A stretch of 64,000 nucleotides of DNA from Candidatus Aenigmatarchaeota archaeon (GCA_041489155.1 JBGPQP010000003.1:1-64000), one strand, 5' to 3'. Numbered from the stretch's first letter, positions 27,917-38,345 are shown. Notes: generated by a model not told the origin, from the sequence alone. Numbers and translations: made by a program.

Positions 27917-28876
27917 ATGAAGCATACCTTTCCGATAACCCTTGCGATAGTTCTTATTTTCATCCTCTCGCAGGTTATTGGCCTTTATGCAGTCAGCGCC
28001 AACACAGTCGTGTCACGAACGTCTGAAGGAGAAATCGTGGTGGAGCACGAGGACACGGCGATAGGCGAGCGGCCCGACATTCAGGGACCGGAGACTTTCG
28101 TCTACGTGCTGGTCGCGATATTGATAGGAACCGGCCTGATCCTTCTGCTGGTGAGGTTCAGGAAATTCCTGGTGTGGAAGGCCATGTTCTTCTTCGCCGT
28201 GTGGATGACATGTTCGATAACCATAGGCGTTTTCATCGATCCCACGGCAGCGTTCGTGATATGCTTTTTCCTCGCCTTTTTCAAGATATGGAGGCCCAGC
28301 ATATGGGCCCACAACATAACAGAACCTCTCATATACGCCGGCATCGCGGTCATTCTCGTTCCCCTGATAAACGTACTCTGGGTAACGCTGCTGCTGCTCG
28401 CAATATCGGCGTATGACATCTTCGCCGTGTGGTATTCGAAGCACATGATTTCCCTGGCCGAATTCCAGACCAAGAGCCGCGCCTTCGCGGGCATAATGCT
28501 TTCCTACAAAACCAAAACGAAGGAAACGATAAGGGATGCCGGAAAGGCGGCAAAGGGTGCAAAAGGAGGCGAGACGAAGGTCATCGAGGTCAGGGAGGAA
28601 ACCAGAAACGCGATACTCGGCGGCGGAGACATCGCGTTCCCGCTGATTTTCGCGGGCGTGGTAATGGACGGCATGATAAAGCTGGGCCTTGAAAAAACCC
28701 TCGCCTTCGCTTACTCCCTCATCATTCCCGCTGTCGTCGCTTTCGCGCTTTTCGGCCTGCTCGCCCTCGCGAAGAAAGACAGGTTTTATCCGGCGATGCC
28801 GTTTCTGACAGTTGGCTGTCTGATTGGCTATGCGCTTGTGTGGCTTGTTACTGCCATCCCGCCCGTTCTTGTCTAA
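27917..28876 (+). CDS. Presenilin-family (GxGD) intramembrane aspartyl protease
   Basis: YD in TM followed by KHM; LGGGD; PAMPF (PAL-like). Confidence 0.9.
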   Translation: MKHTFPITLAIVLIFILSQVIGLYAVSANTVVSRTSEGEIVVEHEDTAIGERPDIQGPETFVYVLVAILIGTGLILLLVRFRKFLVWKAMFFFAVWMTCSITIGVFIDPTAAFVICFFLAFFKIWRPSIWAHNITEPLIYAGIAVILVPLINVLWVTLLLLAISAYDIFAVWYSKHMISLAEFQTKSRAFAGIMLSYKTKTKETIRDAGKAAKGAKGGETKVIEVREETRNAILGGGDIAFPLIFAGVVMDGMIKLGLEKTLAFAYSLIIPAVVAFALFGLLALAKKDRFYPAMPFLTVGCLIGYALVWLVTAIPPVLV

Positions 28877-28907
28877 CCTTTAAAAACCAGAAACCCAAAA
28901 TCGTTCT

Positions 28908-30101
28908 ATGAAAGCGGATAAAGCGGTCATACTTTGCGCGGGCAGATCGACGAGGACCTATCCCCTGACTCTCGGCAGGCCCAAGCCTCTTCTCAAGGTC
29001 GCGAACAAGACCATACTCGAATGGAACCTCGGCCAGCTGCAGGACCTGGTCAGCGAGGCGGTTCTTGTAACAGGGTACAGGGGAGAGATGATAAGGGAGC
29101 GTATAGGCAAAAGATACGGCAAGCTGAAGATTACGTATGCCGGGCAGACCGAGCCGCTGGGGACGGGCCACGCGCTGCTGCAGGCGGAGAAATGCGCGGG
29201 AGAAAAATTCATAGTGATGATGGGCGACAATTTTTACAGGCGCGAGGACATCGCGAAATGCGCTAAAGATTTAGCGATGCTTGCGATGAAAGCTGAGAAT
29301 CCCGATGACTACGGCGTCATCAAAAAAAGCGGGAACGCGCTTTCAGGGATCATCGAAAAGCCGGAGAAGCCCAAATCCGACCTGGTCAACTGCGGGCTTT
29401 ACGTGCTGAACAGCGAGATTTTCGGCCTGCTGAAAAAGGCCGGCAGATCCAGAAGGGGCGAAATCGAGCTGACCGACGCCGTCAACGCCTTCGCCAGGCA
29501 CAAGTACGTCCGTGTCGTGGAAACGCAGAAGTGCTTCATGATAACCTATCCATGGGACCTGCTCTCGCTTAACGAGTTCCTCCTCTCGCAAACAAAGAGA
29601 AACATAAGGGGGACGAAGGAAGCGAACGTGACGCTGAAAGGCAACGTTTCGGTCGGCAAAGGCACGCTGCTCAGGTCTGGGACGTACATAGAAGGTCCTG
29701 CAGCGATAGGAGAGAACTGCGACATCGGGCCCAACTGCTACATCCGCAGCGGGACATCGATAGGCGACGGATGCAGGATAGGCAATTCAGTCGAGGTAAA
29801 GAACTCGATAGTAATGGACAACACGAGCATCGGCCATCATGCCTACGTCGGCGACTCGGTAATAGACGAAAACGTGAATTTCGGCGCCGGCACCAAGATC
29901 GCGAACCTGAGGCACGACGAAGCGAACGTCAAATCGATGATCAGGGGCGTCCTGCTCGACACAAACAGGAGGAAGTTCGGCAGTGTCATAGGCCGAGGAG
30001 CGCGCGTAGGCATCAATACTTCCATTTATCCGGGCAGGAAGCTCTGGCCCGGCACCACCACGCTTCCGGGAGAAGTCGTCAAGTATGACAAGGAAAAATA
30101 A
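28908..30101 (+). CDS. glmU: Bifunctional sugar-1-phosphate nucleotidylyltransferase/acetyltransferase (archaeal GlmU-like)
   Basis: AGRSTR..PLT..PKPL, EKP, RGEIELTD, hexapeptide repeats, NLRHD. Confidence 0.88.
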   Translation: MKADKAVILCAGRSTRTYPLTLGRPKPLLKVANKTILEWNLGQLQDLVSEAVLVTGYRGEMIRERIGKRYGKLKITYAGQTEPLGTGHALLQAEKCAGEKFIVMMGDNFYRREDIAKCAKDLAMLAMKAENPDDYGVIKKSGNALSGIIEKPEKPKSDLVNCGLYVLNSEIFGLLKKAGRSRRGEIELTDAVNAFARHKYVRVVETQKCFMITYPWDLLSLNEFLLSQTKRNIRGTKEANVTLKGNVSVGKGTLLRSGTYIEGPAAIGENCDIGPNCYIRSGTSIGDGCRIGNSVEVKNSIVMDNTSIGHHAYVGDSVIDENVNFGAGTKIANLRHDEANVKSMIRGVLLDTNRRKFGSVIGRGARVGINTSIYPGRKLWPGTTTLPGEVVKYDKEK

Positions 30102-30630
30102 AGGCAAGGAAAGCAAGAAAGATGACAGCAAAAGGAACACGCTCATTCTGGTCTGCGGCCTGCCCGGGACAGGCAAGTCAACAGTTTCAAAGGCAATCGC
30201 CGAAAGAACGAAGGCCCTGCTTTTCAACACGGACGTCGTGAGGAAAGAGCTGTTCTCCAGGCCGGCCTATACGCAGGAAGAGAAGGACCTCGTCTACAAA
30301 ATGCTTTTCGAGATGGCTGAAAAATTTCTGAAGCAGTCCAAGAACATCGTCCTCGACGGCACCTTTTACAAAGAGGAGCTGCGCAGCCGAGTGAAGGAAA
30401 TCGCGCAGAGAAATAGGAGCGCTTTCGCGATAGTCGAGGTCGTATGCAGCGAAAAAACTGCGAAGCGCCGCCTGGACGAGCGGGCGAAAAGCGAGAGCCT
30501 GAGCGATGCGGATTTCTGTGTCTATCGCAAAATCCGGGAACAATTCGAACCCATCCGCGAGAAGCACTTCGTGGTCGACACGGGCAAGAACGTCGGAAGA
30601 CAGATAGCAGGCTTTCTGAAAAATTTTTAA
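30085..30630 (+). CDS. P-loop kinase (AAA_33-like)
   Basis: GLPGTGKST, DVVRKEL, VLDGTF, SDAD. Confidence 0.85.
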   Translation: MTRKNKGKESKKDDSKRNTLILVCGLPGTGKSTVSKAIAERTKALLFNTDVVRKELFSRPAYTQEEKDLVYKMLFEMAEKFLKQSKNIVLDGTFYKEELRSRVKEIAQRNRSAFAIVEVVCSEKTAKRRLDERAKSESLSDADFCVYRKIREQFEPIREKHFVVDTGKNVGRQIAGFLKNF

Positions 30631-30687
30631 TCGCATATCATCAAACCGCTAGCACAATATTTAAACAGGCCGGCGCAAATATAGAAC

Positions 30688-31518
30688 ATGGGTTTGGATT
30701 TCAACAGGCTTTTCGGAAAATCAGTAAGGTACCCGCTGGCGAAGGACGCGTTCATACTCATGTTCGCCGTGCAGCTGGTTTTCGCGATAGCCGCATGGTT
30801 CGTCTCTGGCTACTTCCTTGGAGACATGAGCACAGTTTTTTCTGGCGAAGAGATTCCATCGCTGGAGAGCCTGATGCCATTCATGGTTTATTCCACGCCC
30901 CTGATGATAGTCACTTGGGTTTTCTTGATACTGCTGATGCCTGCCTATCTTGAAAATTCGTTGGCCTATTTCAGCGGCAAGAGGAAGGCGCTTTCCGGAG
31001 ACTTGGGAGCAATCAGAAAAAGATTCCTGCCGCTGCTGGCGCTCTTCCTCATACTCGGCCTGATACTCCTAGCCTGCTTCGGCGGCATTTTCCTCGTGGG
31101 CTTTGCCATGCTGACGGGAGCGAACTTCCTGCTTGTGGCCGTGGGCGGCCTGTGGTTCGCGGTCGGCCTTGTCGCGGGCGTTATAATCATGTTCATGACC
31201 ACTGTTTCACCGGTTCTCTCAGGGCTTGAGAAACACGGCGCCCTCGACGCGATAAAGAAGTCATGGAAAATCATAGGCAAGAACAAGCTCAACACATTCA
31301 TACTTTACGTGCTTCTGGGAGCGGTCGTGTTTGCGGTGACGGTTGTAGGCACGATGCCGGAGGCCACTTATACTGTCTTGTCAGGCGATACCAGCATGCT
31401 CTCCATACCGAGCTTCGTGTTCATGCTGGTCAGGACGGCCATCCAGACATACGTCGCTCTTCTGAGTTATGCAGCCCTGGTCGGTTTCTACACCGGAATA
31501 AAGAAGACCAAGACCTAG
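30688..31518 (+). CDS. Polytopic membrane protein of unknown function
   Basis: About 6 hydrophobic segments; 'AIKKSW' motif. Confidence 0.75.
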   Translation: MGLDFNRLFGKSVRYPLAKDAFILMFAVQLVFAIAAWFVSGYFLGDMSTVFSGEEIPSLESLMPFMVYSTPLMIVTWVFLILLMPAYLENSLAYFSGKRKALSGDLGAIRKRFLPLLALFLILGLILLACFGGIFLVGFAMLTGANFLLVAVGGLWFAVGLVAGVIIMFMTTVSPVLSGLEKHGALDAIKKSWKIIGKNKLNTFILYVLLGAVVFAVTVVGTMPEATYTVLSGDTSMLSIPSFVFMLVRTAIQTYVALLSYAALVGFYTGIKKTKT

Positions 31519-31535
31519 GCAAACGTTAAAGCATG

Positions 31536-31688
31536 CTAACGCGCCTGCTGCTTTCTGTGGGCGAAGTTGTCACACGCCCTTTCCTTTGGGTCCCAAACAG
31601 AGCCGTCGTTGTTGGCGCATTCCACCGCGGGCGGAAGCTGGCGTATCCTGAAGAAAACGCAATCCGAGCATTTCGCGTCGAAGCGCAT
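31536..31688 (-). CDS. 50-aa four-cysteine microprotein (not in ORF track)
   Basis: Hand translation MRFDAKCSDCVFFRIRQLPPAVECANNDGSVWDPKERACDNFAHRKQQAR; fills the intergenic gap; host codon usage; GTGAT upstream. Confidence 0.6.
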   Translation of the reverse strand: MRFDAKCSDCVFFRIRQLPPAVECANNDGSVWDPKERACDNFAHRKQQAR

Positions 31689-31732
31689 GAAATCACGATT
31701 AATTTTTATTTCCAAGGCTTAAATATTTGTTC

Positions 31733-33397
31733 ATGAAACTAAAAGACATCGTCCTCCAGTACGCACTGCAGAACGCAGTTTTCTACAAGGGCAAGGCGAA
31801 CGCTTCGGCGGTTCTTGGTAAGGTGATTTCGCACAGCCCGGAAGCGAGGACCAGGGTGAATGAAGTGCGCATGATGGTGGAGCAGGCAGTAAATGAGATA
31901 AACCACCTTTCCCTTGCTGAACAGGCAAAGAAACTCGAGGATATCGCTCCCGAACTGCTCGAGAAGCAGGAGAAGAAGCAGGAGGGCCTTTCCGGGCTTG
32001 AAGGAGCGGAAGAAGGGAAAGTCACGACAAGGTTCGCGCCTTCGCCGACCGGGCCCCTGTCGATAGGCCAGTTCATGCGCGCGGTTTTTCTCAGCCATTA
32101 TTACGCAAGGAGATACAAAGGCAAATTCATCCTTCGCATAGAGGACACTGACGCGAAGAAGATCGAAGCGAATGCCTACGAATGGCTGAAGGAGGATTTG
32201 GCAAGAATGGGCATAAAATGGGATTCGCTGGTCCTCCAGTCTGACAGGTTGCATGATTATTACAAGCACGCGAAACACCTCCTTGAAAAGGAAAGGGCTT
32301 ACGTGTGCACATGCCCGACCGAGACATTCAAGGAATACAAGCTTTCGAAAGCCGACTGCCCCTGCCGGGTGAATTCAAAAGAGAAAAACTTGGAACTGTG
32401 GGAGGCGATGCTCGCAGGCGGCATGGAGGACGGCTCGGCTGTATTGAGGCTGAAAAACAGCATGGCTGACCCGAACCCTGTACTGCGCGACCCGCCTCTT
32501 CTGAGGGTCAACAAGACCCCCCACCCCCTGAAGGGGACGAAGTACGCGGTCTGGCCTTTGTACAATTTTTCCTGCGCTGTCGACGACCATGAACTCGGAG
32601 TGACGCATGTCTTCCGCGGCAAGGAGCACGAGCACAACACAGCGGTGCAGAAGATGGTATCTGACATTTTCGGCTGGGGCTTCCCGGATGTCGTTAACTT
32701 CGGCATGATACGCTTCCCCGGCGGCGCGGTCCACACCAGGGACATCAAGGTGATGATAGCGAATGGCGAGGTCTCGGGCTGGGACGACCCGAAGCTCCCG
32801 ACGGTCCGCGCCATGCTGAGGCGCGGCTTCCATCCGGAAGCGATAAAGAACCTCGCCATGCAGTGCGGCCTCAGCAAGAACGACATCGAGCTGAGTTGGG
32901 AAAATCTCGACACGCAGAACAGGAAATTCATTGATCCCATCGCCAATAGGTACATGACCGTGATCGACCCTGTCAAGCTCCTGATAGAAGTTGCGCCTGA
33001 TAAACGCGAGGTTTTCGAAGTGCTCCATCCGGATTTCCCGGAGCGCGGCAAGAAGAAAATTCCTGTAGACCCGAAAAATATTTACATCTCCGGGAAGGAC
33101 AGTGCGGAGCTTAAAGGCAAGGTCGTCCGCCTGAAAGGCTATTGCAACGTTTCGCTTTCAAGGAAAACGAAGTGCGTGGGAGACGAAATCGTCCGCGACA
33201 TGCACAAGATACAATGGGTGAGCGAGCCGCACGTCAAGGTGAAGGTCGTCAACGCTGACGGCGTTTCCGAAGGCATAGGCGAGCCGGAGATGTCGAATCT
33301 GAAAGTCGGCGAAGTCATACAGATGGAACGCATCGGGTTCGGACGCGTGGACGCGAACGAGAACAAGCAAATAATCATATACTTCGCACACAAGTGA
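31733..33397 (+). CDS. gltX: Glutamyl-tRNA synthetase (archaeal, probably non-discriminating)
   Basis: RFAPSPTG, LRIEDTD, QSDR, WPLYNF, THVFRGKEH, GWDDPKLPT, QMERIGF, FAHK. Confidence 0.93.
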   Translation: MKLKDIVLQYALQNAVFYKGKANASAVLGKVISHSPEARTRVNEVRMMVEQAVNEINHLSLAEQAKKLEDIAPELLEKQEKKQEGLSGLEGAEEGKVTTRFAPSPTGPLSIGQFMRAVFLSHYYARRYKGKFILRIEDTDAKKIEANAYEWLKEDLARMGIKWDSLVLQSDRLHDYYKHAKHLLEKERAYVCTCPTETFKEYKLSKADCPCRVNSKEKNLELWEAMLAGGMEDGSAVLRLKNSMADPNPVLRDPPLLRVNKTPHPLKGTKYAVWPLYNFSCAVDDHELGVTHVFRGKEHEHNTAVQKMVSDIFGWGFPDVVNFGMIRFPGGAVHTRDIKVMIANGEVSGWDDPKLPTVRAMLRRGFHPEAIKNLAMQCGLSKNDIELSWENLDTQNRKFIDPIANRYMTVIDPVKLLIEVAPDKREVFEVLHPDFPERGKKKIPVDPKNIYISGKDSAELKGKVVRLKGYCNVSLSRKTKCVGDEIVRDMHKIQWVSEPHVKVKVVNADGVSEGIGEPEMSNLKVGEVIQMERIGFGRVDANENKQIIIYFAHK

Positions 33398-33417
33398 GCC
33401 TTTTAGAAAAAGGCTCA
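33395..33417 (+). terminator. 10-bp hairpin at the gltX stop (candidate terminator/processing element)
   Basis: TGAGCCTTTT-AGA-AAAAGGCTCA. Confidence 0.45.
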
Positions 33418-33613
33418 ATCGAAAAACTAACTTAAAACTTTAGCAGAAAACTATTTCTTGCAAAATAAACACATTAAATTGGAATTTTGTTCCAAATAAA
33501 TTATATTTTAGGTATTTTATACAATTATTTACCTAATTATTTGAATAAAATGTTAAAGATATGAAAATATGCATAAATAGAGAAATCTTTATTGCCATCT
33601 ACAAAAACCGGCA

Positions 33614-34447
33614 TCAGCCGAGCAGGCCCAGAATATCGAACAAGCTCATGCCCTTCGTCTGCAGCGTCACGAATTCCGCATCCTTGACTCCTGCAAGTTC
33701 TTTGGCCTTCTCTTTTGCGTCTTTTATCGTGCCTGTCGAGTCTATCAGACCCAGGTCGACAGCGTCCTTTCCGAGGAATATGTCTCCTGTGGATATCTCT
33801 TCTACCTGCGCTGGCGTAAGCTTTCTCTTCTCGCTCACGTCGCTGATGAAATATTTGAATATTTCATTGGTTATGTATTCAAGCTTGCCTCTCTCGCTTT
33901 CGGTCAGGTTGCGGAACGGCGAGCCCATGTCCTTCATTGCGCCTGACGTTATCTGCTCATAGGTGATGCCGTACTTCTCGAAGAGCTTCGAGAACTCGAG
34001 ATACGATGCGGTCACGCCCACTGATCCCGTAAGCGTGAGCGGGTCGGCCATTATGTGGTCGCAAGAGGAGGCGATCCAGTAAGCGCCGCTCGCCGCGACG
34101 TCGCCCATCCAGCAGAGCGTCGGCTTATTCATGTCGGCAACAGCGAAGGCGATTTCCCTCGACGCGACGACAGAGCCGCCCGGAGAATCGATTTCAAACA
34201 TCACTGCCTTTATGCTCGGGTCGTCTTCGGCCTTCTTTATCAGGTAAAACGCTTCCTCCGGCGTGAACGTATCGCTGAGCAGCTGCTGCCCGGAAGCGAT
34301 GACGCCCTGCACCCTGATTATGGCAATCTTGTTGCCGAAAGGCAGTTCAGTCGCCATGAAGCCAGCAGCGATAATTATGACAACGATTCCTATGCCGACA
34401 CCGATTCCCAGCAGAAACTTCCAGCCTTCCGTCTTGGATTTTTTCAT
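33614..34447 (-). CDS. sppA: Signal peptide peptidase SppA (S49)
   Basis: IDSPGG, AASGAYWIA, GSVGV, KDMGSPFR. Confidence 0.93.
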   Translation of the reverse strand: MKKSKTEGWKFLLGIGVGIGIVVIIIAAGFMATELPFGNKIAIIRVQGVIASGQQLLSDTFTPEEAFYLIKKAEDDPSIKAVMFEIDSPGGSVVASREIAFAVADMNKPTLCWMGDVAASGAYWIASSCDHIMADPLTLTGSVGVTASYLEFSKLFEKYGITYEQITSGAMKDMGSPFRNLTESERGKLEYITNEIFKYFISDVSEKRKLTPAQVEEISTGDIFLGKDAVDLGLIDSTGTIKDAKEKAKELAGVKDAEFVTLQTKGMSLFDILGLLG

Positions 34448-34495
34448 GATAATCAGATATGTAATCCTTTGCTTAAAAAATGCGGCAATCCTGGC

Positions 34496-35542
34496 TTAAC
34501 CCACGTCCACGCCGTTTACAATAATCTTCTGGACTTTCGTGACCTTGCCTATCACGCTGTGCGCGATGTTGTGTTTCTTAAGGACGTCAGCGATACGCTC
34601 GTAATCCTCCGGCTCCTCGCCTGGCGCGACGATTATGAAGCCGATTCCCATGTTGAACGTCCGGAACATCTCCCTGTCGCTAAGCAGGCCGTAATGCTGT
34701 ATAAGTTTGAACACCGGCTTTGTCGGTTTGGGGAGCTTGATGTCAAAGCCCACGCCGGCTTTGCTGCCTATACGTGCGAGTTTCGAGAACGCGCCGCCCG
34801 TGATGTGGGCGAGGCCATGAACCTTGCAGTTCTGCAGGATCTCGAGGACCGGTTTGACGTAAATCCTCGTCGGCTTGAGCAGCTCTTCTCCGACAGAGCA
34901 GTCAAGCTCCTTGACGTATGTGCCTATGTCATGCCTCTGCAGCAGAACTTTCCTTGCGAGCGAGAGGCCGTTCGAATGCACGCCTGAGCTCTCGAGGCCT
35001 ATGACTATGTCTCCTGGTATCATCTTTTCGCCGGTTATAATCCTGTCCTTGTAGACCATGCCTAGCGACATCGCGGCCAGGTCGAAGCCCTTTACGACGT
35101 CCGGCATTATCGCTGTTTCGCCACCGACGACAGCTACGCCAGCTTCTTTCGCCGCTTTCGCGAGGCCTTTTGCTATCTCGCTTATCATTTTCTCATCGGT
35201 TTTCTCCAGTGCGAGATAATCAACCATGGAAACAGGTTCAGCGCCCATGCAGATGAGGTCGTTCACGTTCATCGCCACGCAGTCGAAGCCGATGGTGTCG
35301 TACTTCCTCATGGCCTGGGCGATAAGCGTTTTCGTCCCGACGCCGTCGACATGTATCGCAAGCGTCTTGCCGCCGCCGATGTCGATGAGCCCTGCATAAT
35401 GCCCTATCTCGCTCAAAACCCTCCCGAACTTGTCCAAGCGCTGTGAAAAGGTCTGCTTGAAAATCTCGGCCATCTCACCGTGCGAGTGCTTGACCTTCTC
35501 TATGTCGACGCCCGCCTTCTCGTAAGTGAACTCGTCAGTCAT
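34496..35542 (-). CDS. purM: AIR synthetase
   Basis: YEKAGVD, DGVGTK, GGETA, SSGVHSNG, AHITGG, TFNMGIG. Confidence 0.96.
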   Translation of the reverse strand: MTDEFTYEKAGVDIEKVKHSHGEMAEIFKQTFSQRLDKFGRVLSEIGHYAGLIDIGGGKTLAIHVDGVGTKTLIAQAMRKYDTIGFDCVAMNVNDLICMGAEPVSMVDYLALEKTDEKMISEIAKGLAKAAKEAGVAVVGGETAIMPDVVKGFDLAAMSLGMVYKDRIITGEKMIPGDIVIGLESSGVHSNGLSLARKVLLQRHDIGTYVKELDCSVGEELLKPTRIYVKPVLEILQNCKVHGLAHITGGAFSKLARIGSKAGVGFDIKLPKPTKPVFKLIQHYGLLSDREMFRTFNMGIGFIIVAPGEEPEDYERIADVLKKHNIAHSVIGKVTKVQKIIVNGVDVG

Positions 35543-35600
35543 ATTGATAATATGAACCTCTCCGTTTTAAAGTTTCGCCGGAATGAGAAAATCAGATAAT

Positions 35601-36941
35601 TCATTTCTTGTTCAACGCCTTCAGCACGTCGTCCACCTGCTCCTTCGCGGTGCCGATGTAGTTGCGCGGGTCGAACAGGCGTTCGATTTCCTTCGCTGTA
35701 AAATGCTTCTTCACCTGCGAATTTTTCAGAAGGATGTCCTTGAGCGGCGCGCCTTTAGCGTACGACTCCATCGCCGCCTGACGCATTATCTCGTGTGCGT
35801 CCTGGCGGCCAATCCCTTTTTTGACCAGCGCGATCATTATCTTCTCGCTCATTACCAGTCCCTTGGTTAGATCAAGGTTTTCCTTTATTTTGTCGTGTTG
35901 CAGCTCGAGGCTTAGAAGAATGTCAGTAATCCTTCGCAGCATGAAGTCGAGCAGCATGAAACTTTCGGCGAAGATTATTCTTTCGTTAGCGGAATTCGAG
36001 AGATCGCGCTCGTGCTCGAGCGGGTTGTTGTCGAGCGCCACCATCACATGCGATTTCAAAACGCGTGCGAGCGAGCAGACGTTCTCTGACTTCCATGGAT
36101 TACGCTTGTGCGGCATGGTCGAGCTGCCGACCTGTTTGTTCTCGAAGCTCTCCAGCACCTCGCCGATTTCCGTGCGCTGGAGGTTGCGCACTTCTTTCGC
36201 GATTTTCTCGAGGGTCGAGCCGATGAGCGCGAGGACGAAGACGAGTTCCGCATGTCTGTCGCGCTGAATCACTTGTGTCGAAATCATTACCGGAGTGAGA
36301 CCTAAATCTTTCATCACCAGCGCCTGCAACTTGCGCGCGTTCTCGCCAAACGTCGCCTGCGTGCCGACAGCGCCAGTCATCTTGCCGACGAGAATCCTTT
36401 TTTTCGCCTGCTCGAGGCGGTCGATGTCCCTCTGTATCTCGCAGAGCCAGTTCGCGAATTTCAGGCCATACGTCGTGGGAACTGCGTGCTGGCCGTGCGT
36501 CCTGCCGATGCAGACAACGTCCCTGTTTTTCTTGGTGAGCGTCGCTAGCGTATCCTTCAACTTTTTCAGGTTGCTCTCGATTATTTCTATCGCGTCCCTC
36601 AGCTGGAGCGCGAGTGCCGTGTCCTCGATGTCATACGAAGTCGCTCCATAGTGCACGTATTTGCCGGCATCGCCCGCGACTTCCGTGAGCGCCCTGACCA
36701 TCGCCATCAAATCATGATGTATTTCCTCGTCGATTTCGTGCACGCGCTCGACTGTCACGAACTGCGTGTCCGCTTTCTTCGAGATTTCTGCGGCAGCGGC
36801 TTTCGGGATGTTGCCGAGCTGCGCATGCGCTTTCGCCAGCGAAGATTCGACGTCAAGCCATTTCTGTAGCTTCGCTTCTTCCTCGAAAACTTCGCGCATC
36901 TCGTCGGAACAATAACGGTACTCGATAGGATGTATTGCCAT
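35601..36941 (-). CDS. purB: Adenylosuccinate lyase
   Basis: HYGATS, GRTHGQHA, GSSTMPHKRNP. Confidence 0.96.
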   Translation of the reverse strand: MAIHPIEYRYCSDEMREVFEEEAKLQKWLDVESSLAKAHAQLGNIPKAAAAEISKKADTQFVTVERVHEIDEEIHHDLMAMVRALTEVAGDAGKYVHYGATSYDIEDTALALQLRDAIEIIESNLKKLKDTLATLTKKNRDVVCIGRTHGQHAVPTTYGLKFANWLCEIQRDIDRLEQAKKRILVGKMTGAVGTQATFGENARKLQALVMKDLGLTPVMISTQVIQRDRHAELVFVLALIGSTLEKIAKEVRNLQRTEIGEVLESFENKQVGSSTMPHKRNPWKSENVCSLARVLKSHVMVALDNNPLEHERDLSNSANERIIFAESFMLLDFMLRRITDILLSLELQHDKIKENLDLTKGLVMSEKIMIALVKKGIGRQDAHEIMRQAAMESYAKGAPLKDILLKNSQVKKHFTAKEIERLFDPRNYIGTAKEQVDDVLKALNKK

Positions 36942-36966
36942 GCCATCACACCTTTATATTCATATA

Positions 36967-37935
36967 TTATTGCAGATAACCTTTCTGCCTGAGATTCTTC
37001 GCGATTCTTTGCAGCACGTTTTCACGCGTAGTCTCGAAGCGGCTTCCGGTTATCTTCTCATATGCTTCGATATACCTTTTCGCCGCTTCAACCATGACTT
37101 CATTCGTCAGCTTCGGCGGGGTGCCATCGCCCATGTAGCCCTGGTTCGCAAACCACGTCCTTACATATTCCTTGTCGAGCTTCCTCTGCTCCTCGCCTTT
37201 CGCGAAAAGCTCGTCGTACGTGTCGCTGAACCAGAACCTCGAAGAGTCAGGAGTGTGGATTTCGTCCATGAGTACGAGCTTGCCGTCCAGCAGGCCGAAC
37301 TCGTATTTCGTATCGACAAGTATCAGGCCGTGCTTGGCGACAAAGCGCGAGCCGAAATCGAAAAGCTTCAGGCTGACCTCGGACAGCTGCTCGAAAAGTT
37401 CCTTCGAAATCAGGCCTTCCTTAACAGCGTCCTCGCCTGAGATTGGCCTGTCGTGCTCGCCTTTTCCCGCCTTCGTCGTAGGAGTGATTATAGGCCTGTC
37501 GAATTTCTGGTCCTTGTGCAGCCCTTCGGGCAAGCGAACTCCGCAGAAATCCCTGACGCCGCGCTGGTAGTTGTACCATGCGGATGTCGTCGTGACACCT
37601 GTTATGTAGCCGCGCACGACCATCTCGACCGGGACGGGCTGGCATTCCTTCACGACCATGACGTTCGGATCGGGGATGTCCAGCATGTGATTTTTTACAA
37701 CGCTTTTAGTCTTGTCGAACCAGAATGCAGCAAGCTGGTTCAAAACTTGTCCCTTGAAGGGAATCGTTCCCAGCACCTTGTCAAAAGCAGAAATCCTGTC
37801 AGTCGTTATTATGATTCTCCTGTCGGTGAGGATGTAATTATCCCTCACCTTTCCCTCATACTTCCTGCCCAGATTGAAATTCGTTTTTCCGAGGGCAAGA
37901 GGAATCTGGCTCCTTATGGCCGCCTCATCTATCAT
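36967..37935 (-). CDS. purC: SAICAR synthetase (long type)
   Basis: [32 protein letters not shown]. Confidence 0.96.
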   Translation of the reverse strand: MIDEAAIRSQIPLALGKTNFNLGRKYEGKVRDNYILTDRRIIITTDRISAFDKVLGTIPFKGQVLNQLAAFWFDKTKSVVKNHMLDIPDPNVMVVKECQPVPVEMVVRGYITGVTTTSAWYNYQRGVRDFCGVRLPEGLHKDQKFDRPIITPTTKAGKGEHDRPISGEDAVKEGLISKELFEQLSEVSLKLFDFGSRFVAKHGLILVDTKYEFGLLDGKLVLMDEIHTPDSSRFWFSDTYDELFAKGEEQRKLDKEYVRTWFANQGYMGDGTPPKLTNEVMVEAAKRYIEAYEKITGSRFETTRENVLQRIAKNLRQKGYLQ

Positions 37936-38345
37936 TTCTTCCCCTTTTTCTTCGCGGGTTCAGCCCTGAGCCTGAGGATGCGTATCGCGAGTTCCGCCGC
38001 ATTCCTGCCGTTGTCTATCCCCACCGTCGCAACAGGCACGCCGCCGGGCATCTGCATCATCGAAAGCAGCGCGTCAAGCCCGTCCAGCTTCACCCCGACA
38101 GGCACGCCGATTACAGGCTTGCTCGTATGCGATGCGATGAAACCGGGCAGCGCGGCCGAAAGGCCGGCAATCGCGATTATTACGTCAGCGTCTGTGTTTT
38201 TCACGAGCCTCTCCGTCCCTTTGGGGTCCCTGTGCGCCGAGGAGACACGGATTTCGAAAGGGATTCTGCTGGTCTTCAGGACGTCTTCAGCGCGCCTCGC
38301 GACTTCCATGTCGCTCTGGCTTCCGCAAACTATCAGAACTTTCAT
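37932..38345 (-). CDS. purE: PurE (AIR carboxylase / N5-CAIR mutase family)
   Basis: [26 protein letters not shown]. Confidence 0.93.
   Translation of the reverse strand: MKVLIVCGSQSDMEVARRAEDVLKTSRIPFEIRVSSAHRDPKGTERLVKNTDADVIIAIAGLSAALPGFIASHTSKPVIGVPVGVKLDGLDALLSMMQMPGGVPVATVGIDNGRNAAELAIRILRLRAEPAKKKGKK

Noticed and set aside
27917..28876. Presenilin homolog as a eukaryote-like novelty
   Set aside because: Archaeal presenilin/SPP homologs are established
31520..31730. Possible RNase P or SRP RNA in the GC-rich gap, and the 67-aa plus-strand ORF
   Set aside because: No RNase P or SRP consensus motifs seen; the minus-strand four-Cys ORF explains the region better
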